From positions 3,240,001 through 3,272,000 of the forward strand of contig NC_014034.1 of NCBI RefSeq assembly GCF_000021865.1: 32,000 bases of DNA, written 5' to 3'. Both the position numbers and the translations under genes were made by a program. This document shows positions 25,925-32,000 of this stretch, piece by piece; position 1 is the stretch's first letter; each line of letters opens with the position of its first letter. The notes below the pieces were generated by a model that made no database searches, was not told the origin of the DNA, and worked only from the letters and a program-made list of their open reading frames with translations. The DNA is from Rhodobacter capsulatus SB 1003 (GTDB lineage: Bacteria > Pseudomonadota > Alphaproteobacteria > Rhodobacterales > Rhodobacteraceae).

Positions 25925-26085
25925 GGCGGTTACTGCTCTTCGCGTGAACGGGGCCTTTTTCCAGTGGCCGATAACCATTTCCGAGGGAGCTGGCTCTGCT
26001 TTGGCCCTGGCCTCTGTATCTGGCACCCACCTGACTTGTCAGGCTCTCGGGAAATCTCGCCCCCACGGTTGCTGCGGTTTCCGCC
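25925..26085 (+). ncRNA. ssrS: Structured RNA of about 160 nt, best explained as 6S RNA
   Basis: A 300-bp gene-free gap. Long-range pairing: 25925-25929 GGCGG with 26081-26085 CCGCC; 25932-25936 ACUGC with 26074-26078 GCGGU; 25943-25946 CGUG with 26064-26067 CACG; 25950-25954 GGGGC with 26059-26063 GCCCC. A large internal loop follows, then an inner stem: 25981-25985 CCGAG with 26046-26050 CUCGG; 25988-25994 with 26038-26045. This gives a closing stem, central bubble and apical stem. G:U pairs favour the + strand. A promoter lies upstream and a terminator downstream. The ends are approximate. Confidence 0.5.
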
Positions 26086-26127
26086 ACCTCATCCCGGACA
26101 ACCACGAAAACCGACGGAAATGGAAAC

Positions 26128-26154
26128 CCCCCCGCCTTGCGGCAGGGGGATTTT
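26128..26154. terminator. Bidirectional hairpin terminator between the RNA gene and the convergent small membrane protein gene
   Basis: CCCCCCGCC-ttgc-GGCAGGGGG (one C/A mismatch) is followed by ATTTT on the + strand and by TTTCC on the - strand. Confidence 0.55.
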
Positions 26155-26193
26155 CGTCGTCAGGAGGCCTTCGGGAAAACGGCGACAGCACGC

Positions 26194-26547
26194 TCAGCGC
26201 AGGGGGCGGCCCAACTGGCGGCGCACCCGGCTTTCGGCGCGCGCGGGCACCGGGATCGGGATCAGCTCGGCCGCCATGTCGGCGCGCAACAGCGCATCGC
26301 GCTTGCCGCCGCCGGGGGGGCCATCCTTTTCGGCCATGTTCATCACGGCGATGCCGAATTGCACCCCCGAGAAGACCACGGTGTTGAACAGGAACAGCAG
26401 CCCGACGGCGATATAGCCGATGTCGGAGCCAAGGATCAGATGCCGCAGATGCGCGACATCGAAGCCCAGCAGAAGCGCCACGAACAGCGCCGAGAGCCCG
26501 GCGCCTGCGACCACGTTGCGGATGTAAAGACGAACGAGTTCCGGCAT
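26194..26547 (-). CDS. small hydrophobic membrane protein (117 aa), possibly SspA-like (salt-stress-induced hydrophobic peptide)
   Basis: GGAGGA lies 6 nt upstream of ATG 26547. Two TM segments (VVAGAGLSALFVALLLGF and IAVGLLFLFNTVVFSGVQFGIAV). The SspA suggestion rests only on its size, hydrophobicity and position convergent with the putative 6S gene. Confidence 0.6.
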   Translation of the reverse strand: MPELVRLYIRNVVAGAGLSALFVALLLGFDVAHLRHLILGSDIGYIAVGLLFLFNTVVFSGVQFGIAVMNMAEKDGPPGGGKRDALLRADMAAELIPIPVPARAESRVRRQLGRPLR

Positions 26548-26675
26548 GACGATTCCTCCGTCGTTGGAATCATTCTAGCGCAGTCTGGCGGAATTCAAAC
26601 CGCAAATTTGCCGTTTTGCCGCAGTTCCGTCACAAAATCTTGGGGAAAGTGACGCAAGCGCGCCACAGGCCCGGC

Positions 26676-27173
26676 TCAGAAGGCCTCGGGGCGGACTTCG
26701 CGGGCCATGTGATCCAGCACGGCATTGACGAATTTCGTCTCTTTGCCCTCGGGGAAGAAGGCGCGGGCGACTTCGACGAATTCGTTGATCACCACCTTGA
26801 TCGGCGTCGCCGGGTTGACCATTTCCGCCCCCGCGGCGCGGAAGAGCGCGCGCAGAACCGGGTCGATGCGCTCGATCGGCCAGGTCGCGACCAGCGCGCG
26901 GTCGGTGGTCTGGTCGATCTTCGCCTGCCACATCACCGCATCGTCCAGAAGACGGCGGAACAGGTCGTAATCGCCCTCGGCCAGTTCCTCGCCCTCGTCG
27001 GTGACCATGCCGAAGCGGAAGCTTTCGAATTCGCGGGCGACGCGGTCCACCCCCTGCCCCGCCGCTTCCATCTGGAACAGCGCCTGCACGGCATAAAGCC
27101 GGGCGGCCGAGCGCATCCGGCGTTTTTCTTCCGGGCTCGGCTTGCGGGGCTTGTCGGGGGTGGTGTCGGTCAT
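26676..27173 (-). CDS. nusB: transcription antitermination factor NusB
   Basis: The only in-frame Met consistent with the family is at 27173 (MTDTTPDKPRKPSPEEKRRMRSAARLYAVQALFQME...), within track ORF 26676..27614. It follows ribH, as is usual. Confidence 0.9.
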   Translation of the reverse strand: MTDTTPDKPRKPSPEEKRRMRSAARLYAVQALFQMEAAGQGVDRVAREFESFRFGMVTDEGEELAEGDYDLFRRLLDDAVMWQAKIDQTTDRALVATWPIERIDPVLRALFRAAGAEMVNPATPIKVVINEFVEVARAFFPEGKETKFVNAVLDHMAREVRPEAF

Positions 27174-27199
27174 GTCATGCGATCCTTGGGGCTGCCCGG

Positions 27200-27715
27200 T
27201 CAGTTGCTCTCGCCCTTGGGGCGGAAGCCGATTCCCTGCGTGCGGGTGGCCCATTTGCGCGAGAGCGCGACCAGATGCAAGGCCGCAGCCGCAGCACCTC
27301 CGCCCTTGTCCTGATCCTCGGGCTTCGCCCGGGCCTCGGCCTGGGCGCGGTTTTCCACCGTCAGGATGCCGTTGCCGATGCAAAGCCCCTGCAGGCCCAG
27401 CATCATCAGCCCGCGCGAGCTGTCGTTGCAGACCGTGTCGTAATGCGTGGTTTCGCCGCGGATCACGCAGCCCAGCGCGACATAGCCATCGTAATCGCCC
27501 ATCCGCTCGGCCATGCCGATGGCGGTCGGCACTTCCAGCGCGCCGGGCACTTCGACGATCTCGACCTCGGCGCCCGCCTTGGCGGCCACCGCCCTCGCGC
27601 CCGCGATCATCCAATCGGCGATGTCACGATAATAGGGCGCGACGACGATCAGCAGTTTCACCGGCTTGTCGAAGACCGGCAGCGGCAGCGTGTAGTGGTT
27701 TTCATTCGCCGCCAT
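27200..27715 (-). CDS. ribH: 6,7-dimethyl-8-ribityllumazine synthase
   Basis: 171 aa. VEIVEVPGALEVP, ALGCVIRGETTHYD and GILTVEN are lumazine synthase motifs. Confidence 0.92.
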   Translation of the reverse strand: MAANENHYTLPLPVFDKPVKLLIVVAPYYRDIADWMIAGARAVAAKAGAEVEIVEVPGALEVPTAIGMAERMGDYDGYVALGCVIRGETTHYDTVCNDSSRGLMMLGLQGLCIGNGILTVENRAQAEARAKPEDQDKGGGAAAAALHLVALSRKWATRTQGIGFRPKGESN

Positions 27716-27716
27716 C

Positions 27717-28850
27717 TCAATACCCCCGGGTTTCGTCGATGCTCAGCCCATAGCCCTCGATGCCGACGACCTTGGGTTTCGGCGAATTCGTCAAGAGTTT
27801 CAGATGGCTGATGCCCAACGCCAAAAGGATCTGCGCCCCCAGACCATATTGGCGCAGCGTCTGCGGCGAGGCCTCTCCCGGCATCGGCATCTTGGCCGAG
27901 GTCTCGCGCAAAAGCACGACGACGCCGCGGCCCTCAGCGGCAATCGCCTCCATCGCGCGGCCCAGATCGTTGCTCTTGCCCGGACGCAGCCCCAGCACAT
28001 CCGAGAGCGGATCAAGCGCATGCATCCGCACCAGCACCGGCTCGGGCCCGGAAATATCGCCCTTGGTCAGCACGATATGCTCGGCGCCCTCGGTCTGGTC
28101 GGCAAAGATCCGCATCGACCAGTCACCGCCGAATTCCGACTGCACGGCGCGTTGCGCAGTTTCGCGCACCAAATGGTCATAGCGGCGGCGATAGGCGATC
28201 AGGTCGGAAATCGTGCCGATCTTCAGCCCGTGTTTCTGCGCAAAGGCGATCAGGTCCGGCAGACGCGCCATCGTGCCGTCTTCGTTCATCACCTCGCAGA
28301 TCACGCCCGAGGGGTTCAGCCCCGCCAGACGCGAGATGTCGACCGCCGCTTCGGTATGCCCGGCGCGGACCAGCACGCCGCCATCGCGGGCGCGCAGCGG
28401 GAACAGATGCCCCGGCGTCGCGATGTCCTGACGGCCCTTGGTCGGGTCGATCGCCACGGCGACGGTGCGGGCGCGGTCATGCGCGGAAATCCCGGTCGAA
28501 ATCCCCTCGCGCGCCTCGATCGAGACGGTGAAGGCGGTCTCGTGACGGCTGGAATTCGAGGACGCCATCAAGGGCAGCCCCAGCGCCTCGATCCGGTCGG
28601 CGGTCAGCGCCAGACAGACCAGACCCCGGCCATGCATCGCCATGAAGTTGATCGCATTCGGCGTCGCCATCTGCGCCGGAATGATCAGATCACCCTCGTT
28701 CTCGCGGTCCTCATGGTCCACCAGAATGAACATCTTGCCATTGCGGGCATCCTCGATGATCTCCTCGATCGAGGACATCGCATCGCGGTAGCTTTGCTCC
28801 ACCGGGCCCGGGGTTTCGTGATTGCCAGCTTTGTCCACCGGGTTCGTCAT
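27717..28850 (-). CDS. ribB: 3,4-dihydroxy-2-butanone-4-phosphate synthase with a degenerate GTP cyclohydrolase II-like C-terminal domain
   Basis: Start at ATG 28850, forming an ATGA overlap with the ribE stop (GGAG 8 nt upstream); a GTG at 28859 is also possible. The RibB domain has MFILVDHEDRENEGDLIIPA, RHETAFTVSIE and GHTEAAVD. The C-terminal domain aligns to RibA, but the Zn-binding cysteines are absent (VRMHALDPLSDVLGLRPG). Confidence 0.9.
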   Translation of the reverse strand: MTNPVDKAGNHETPGPVEQSYRDAMSSIEEIIEDARNGKMFILVDHEDRENEGDLIIPAQMATPNAINFMAMHGRGLVCLALTADRIEALGLPLMASSNSSRHETAFTVSIEAREGISTGISAHDRARTVAVAIDPTKGRQDIATPGHLFPLRARDGGVLVRAGHTEAAVDISRLAGLNPSGVICEVMNEDGTMARLPDLIAFAQKHGLKIGTISDLIAYRRRYDHLVRETAQRAVQSEFGGDWSMRIFADQTEGAEHIVLTKGDISGPEPVLVRMHALDPLSDVLGLRPGKSNDLGRAMEAIAAEGRGVVVLLRETSAKMPMPGEASPQTLRQYGLGAQILLALGISHLKLLTNSPKPKVVGIEGYGLSIDETRGY

Positions 28851-29437
28851 GCCTTCCACTCCGTCAGCCGGGCCACGTAACGGGCCAGCGTGTCTATTTC
28901 CAGATTGACCTTGTCGCCCACCCGGGCGGTGCCAAAGGTGGTCACCGCCTTGGTATGCGGAATGATATTGATGCCGAACGTGCAGCCGTCCACCTCGTTC
29001 ACCGTCAGCGAGGCCCCATCGAGCGCGACCGAGCCCTTGGGCGCGATGTATTTCGCCAGGGCCTCGGGGGCGCGGAAGCTGAACCGGGTGCTTTCGCCCT
29101 CGTCGCGCAGCGCGGTGATTTCCGCCACGCCATCGACATGGCCCGACACGATATGGCCGCCCAGCTCGTCGCCCACCTTCAGCGCGCGCTCGAGGTTGAT
29201 GCGGCTGCCCACCGTCCAGCCGCCCAGATTGGTCTTCGAAACCGTCTCGGCCGAGATCTGCACGTCATACCAGTCGGCGCCCGTCGCGATGACGGTCAGG
29301 CAGACCCCCGCATGGGCGATCGAGGCGCCGATCTCGACCGTTTTCATGTCATAGCCGCAACGGATCCGCGCGCGCAGATCGCCGGTGTTTTCAAGGGCGA
29401 GGATCTCGCCCAGATCGGTGACGATTCCGGTGAACAT
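28847..29437 (-). CDS. ribE: riboflavin synthase alpha chain
   Basis: In-frame ATG 29437 within track ORF 28847..29767. MFTGIVTDLGEI... and the internal duplication (GASIAHAGVCLTV / GSVALDGASLTVN) are characteristic. Confidence 0.92.
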   Translation of the reverse strand: MFTGIVTDLGEILALENTGDLRARIRCGYDMKTVEIGASIAHAGVCLTVIATGADWYDVQISAETVSKTNLGGWTVGSRINLERALKVGDELGGHIVSGHVDGVAEITALRDEGESTRFSFRAPEALAKYIAPKGSVALDGASLTVNEVDGCTFGINIIPHTKAVTTFGTARVGDKVNLEIDTLARYVARLTEWKA

Positions 29438-29639
29438 GGCTTTCCCTACCGTGATTTCTTCCTGCCTAGCTTGCACGGGCCCGCTACGCAAGGCTGCCCC
29501 CGACGCTTGGGCGCACAGCCGCGGCGCGAAAATGCGTCGCGCCGTCGCGGTGCCGCGGTTTTGCCGCCAAAACGCCGGGGCGGCACGCAATTTGTCGTGA
29601 CACGCCGCAAGTCCGGGGCCAAAAGGAGGCGTTTTCACC

Positions 29640-30935
29640 GTGAGCCCGATGACCAGCCTTCGCCCCCGCACCTTCCTTCTGCTGCAAGGTCCGCACGGGC
29701 CGTTCTTTCGCCAGCTCGGCGCCATGCTGCGCGCCGCCGGGGCCGGGGTCTGGCGGGTGGGCTTCAACCGCGGCGACGAGGTGTTCTGGGCCGATCCCGC
29801 CAGCTACATCCGCTTTGACGCCCCCCCCGCGGATTGGCCCGCCCGGATCGAGGCGCTGATCGGGGAAAAATCCGTCACCGATCTGGTGCTTTACGGCGAC
29901 ACAAGGCCCGTTCATGCACAGGCCATCGCCGCCGCGCGGGCGGCGGGCGTCACCGTGCATGTCTTCGAGGAAGGCTATCTGCGCCCCTATTGGGTCACCT
30001 ATGAACGCGGCGGCGCCAATGGCCATTCGCGGCTGATGACACTTTCGGTCGCGCAGATGCGCGCCGCGCTGGCGCAAAGCGAAATCGACTTCCCCGAGGC
30101 GCCGCCGCGCTGGGGCGACATGCGCCAGCATGTGTTCTACGGCGCGCTTTATCATTTCCTCGTCATGGCGCAGAACGGGCGCTATCGCAATTTCACCCCG
30201 CACCGGGGCGTCCCGGTCTTTGACGAATTCCGGCTGTACCTGCGCCGGTTGCTGCTGATGCCGGTGCAGGCGCTGGAACGGATGCTGGCGACGCGGCGGG
30301 TGCGGCGCTCGGGCCATCCGATCCATCTGGTGCTGCTGCAGCTGGAACATGACGCCTCGTTCCGCATGCATTCGCCCTTCGCCAGCCAGACCGAGTTCAT
30401 CGATCTGGTGATGACCGGCTTTGCCGCGGGGGCGGCCCGGCATCATCACCTTGTCTTCAAGGCGCATCCGCTGGAAGACGGCCGCGCCCCGATCGCGCAG
30501 ACGATCCGCGCCGCCACCGTCCGGCACGGGCTGGCGGGCCGGGTGCATTTCATCCGCGGCGGCAAGCTGGCGGAACTTCTGGCGCAGGCGCGCTCGGCCG
30601 TCACGGTGAATTCGACCGCGGCGCAGCAGGTGCTCTGGCGCGGGCTGCCGCTCAAGGCCTTTGGCCGGGCGGTCTTCGACAAGCCGGAATTCGTCTCCAC
30701 CCAGCCGCTGCCCGAATTCTTTGCCAGCCCGAAACGGCCGGACACGCGGCTTTATCGCGATTATCGCCATTACCTGCTGGAAACCTCGCAAATTCCGGGC
30801 GGTTTCTATTCGGCGCGGGGGCGGCGGATCCTGCTGCGGCAGGTGGTCGACATGATGCTCTCGCCCGAAGATCCCTATGACGCGCTGAGCGCAGGCAGAG
30901 CGGCACCAAGGCAACAGTTGCGCGTGGTGACGTGA
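29640..30935 (+). CDS. kpsS: capsular polysaccharide biosynthesis protein, KpsS/KpsC (Capsule_synth) family
   Basis: GTG 29640 follows AAAGGAGG (29622-29629); ATG 29649 is an alternative. FLLLQGPHGPFF, VFEEGYLRP, HLVLLQLEHDASF, FKAHPLE and TVNSTAAQQVLWRGLP match the KpsS-type beta-Kdo transferase family as I recall it. Confidence 0.8.
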   Translation: MSPMTSLRPRTFLLLQGPHGPFFRQLGAMLRAAGAGVWRVGFNRGDEVFWADPASYIRFDAPPADWPARIEALIGEKSVTDLVLYGDTRPVHAQAIAAARAAGVTVHVFEEGYLRPYWVTYERGGANGHSRLMTLSVAQMRAALAQSEIDFPEAPPRWGDMRQHVFYGALYHFLVMAQNGRYRNFTPHRGVPVFDEFRLYLRRLLLMPVQALERMLATRRVRRSGHPIHLVLLQLEHDASFRMHSPFASQTEFIDLVMTGFAAGAARHHHLVFKAHPLEDGRAPIAQTIRAATVRHGLAGRVHFIRGGKLAELLAQARSAVTVNSTAAQQVLWRGLPLKAFGRAVFDKPEFVSTQPLPEFFASPKRPDTRLYRDYRHYLLETSQIPGGFYSARGRRILLRQVVDMMLSPEDPYDALSAGRAAPRQQLRVVT

Positions 30936-31008
30936 TCGCGCTGGAAATTGCGGCGCCACATCGCTATTCTACCGGAAAAACAAGGCAATCCCCAGAGGAG
31001 CCCGAGCA

Positions 31009-32000
31009 GTGAGCGTGACTTTTCCCCGCAGGACCCTTTTGCTGGGTCTTTCGGCGGTGCTTCTTGGCACTGCCTCCTGTGGCCTGCCCCGGCCCGGCCC
31101 GAACAAGCGCGAGATCTTCGCCGGATCGGTGATGCGCCGCGGCGATGCCTTTGTCGTCACCGTCGATGACCATGTGGCGCGGGCGACCGCGGTGCAACCG
31201 GCGCTTGGCTTTTCCTCCAGCTTCCAGACTGCGGGCGTCGTCGGCTCGGACACGATCAACCCCGGGGACACGCTGCAGCTGACGATCTGGGAAAACGTCG
31301 ATGACGGGCTTCTGGCGCAGGAAGGCACGACCGCGACGCAGCTGACCGAGGTGCAGGTCGATGGCGCGGGCTACATTTTCGTGCCCTATGCGGGCAAGAT
31401 CAAGGCGGCGGGCAATTCCCCCGATGCGCTGCGCAAGATCATCACCGAAAAGCTCGATGCGCAGACCCCCGATCCGCAGGTGCTGATCGCGCGTACGGCG
31501 GGCGATGGCGCCACCGTTTCGGTCATGGGCTCGGTCGGCGGGCAGGGCGTCTATGCGATCGAACGGCCGACGCGGACGCTGTCGTCGATGATCGCGCGGG
31601 CGGGCGGCGTGACGATCAAGCCCGAGATCACCAAGATCACCGTCAAGCGCGGCGGCAAGCAGGGCACGGTCTGGTTGACCGATCTTTACAAGAACCCGAA
31701 GATGGACATCGCCCTGCGTCCGGGCGACGTGATCCTGGTCGAGGAAGACACCCGCGCCTTCACCTCGCTTGGCGCCACCGGCGCGCAGGCGCGCGTGCCC
31801 TTCGAAACGCAGACGCTCTCCGCGCTCGAGGCCATCGCCACCGTGGGCGGGCTGTCGTCCAGCACCGCCGATCCGAAGGGGGTCTTCGTCTTCCGCAACG
31901 AACCGGCGGAAATCGCCCGGGTGGTGCTGGGCCGCAACGATCTCGTCGGCGATCAGCGCATGGTCTATGTGCTCAACCTGACCGAGCCGAACGGCATGTT
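31009..32000 (+). CDS. polysaccharide export outer-membrane lipoprotein (Wza/KpsD-like; Poly_export + SLBB), 3'-truncated by the window edge
   Basis: Absent from the track (no stop in the window). GTG 31009 lies 8 nt after GAGGAG (30995-31000). VSVTFPRRTLLLGLSAVLLGTASC has a lipobox. INPGDTLQLTIWEN and DGAGYIFVPYAGKIKAAGNSPDALRKIITEKL match Poly_export; VSVMGSVGGQGVYAI...TLSSMIARAGGV matches SLBB. The frame is open to position 32000. Confidence 0.8.
   Translation, partial: MSVTFPRRTLLLGLSAVLLGTASCGLPRPGPNKREIFAGSVMRRGDAFVVTVDDHVARATAVQPALGFSSSFQTAGVVGSDTINPGDTLQLTIWENVDDGLLAQEGTTATQLTEVQVDGAGYIFVPYAGKIKAAGNSPDALRKIITEKLDAQTPDPQVLIARTAGDGATVSVMGSVGGQGVYAIERPTRTLSSMIARAGGVTIKPEITKITVKRGGKQGTVWLTDLYKNPKMDIALRPGDVILVEEDTRAFTSLGATGAQARVPFETQTLSALEAIATVGGLSSSTADPKGVFVFRNEPAEIARVVLGRNDLVGDQRMVYVLNLTEPNGM

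Noticed and set aside
25925-26085. Alternative identities for the structured RNA: tmRNA piece, SRP (4.5S) RNA, RNase P RNA, riboswitch
   Set aside because: There is no T-loop GGTTCGA or tag ORF (tmRNA). There is no GGAA-tetraloop domain IV motif (SRP). It is too short and lacks the GAGGAAAGTCC block (RNase P). No downstream gene lies on the same strand for a riboswitch to control.
29438-29639. FMN riboswitch expected upstream of ribE
   Set aside because: Reading the minus strand, I found none of the conserved RFN sequence blocks, only generic GC hairpins.
29484-30959. 491-aa minus-strand ORF opposite kpsS
   Set aside because: Same shadow composition. The + strand product carries the Capsule_synth family motifs.

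Overview
High-GC (about two-thirds G+C) alphaproteobacterial chromosome, Rhodobacterales-like. This is inferred from codon bias, the hom-glpX-recJ and ribE-ribBA-ribH-nusB gene orders, and a tRNA-His that lacks G-1. Most of the window is housekeeping: rplY-pth, rpoD-dnaG, hom-glpX-recJ, the rib/nusB operon, and tRNA-Glu and tRNA-His. Accessory content: (i) an orphan three-gene cluster encoding a TadG-like vWA protein plus two TadE-like pseudopilins (8098-11274), with no pilus machinery nearby; (ii) an efeU-efeO-efeB-efeM ferrous-iron uptake operon in which efeU reads straight into efeO as one 656-codon ORF, although an alternative frame restores a normal EfeU C-terminus and stop; (iii) an orphan Cache-type histidine kinase; (iv) a small tRNA-His-proximal block containing a PD-(D/E)xK MmcB-like nuclease; (v) an unannotated, promoter- and terminator-bounded structured RNA of about 160 nt (25925-26085), best explained as 6S RNA, convergent with a small hydrophobic protein gene; (vi) the start of a capsule locus (KpsS-family transferase plus a Wza-like export lipoprotein). 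I found no transposase, integrase, prophage, CRISPR array or recognisable defence system. Many long ORFs in the track are antisense or out-of-frame shadows typical of high-GC DNA. All calls come from reading the sequence and from family knowledge; no searches were run.
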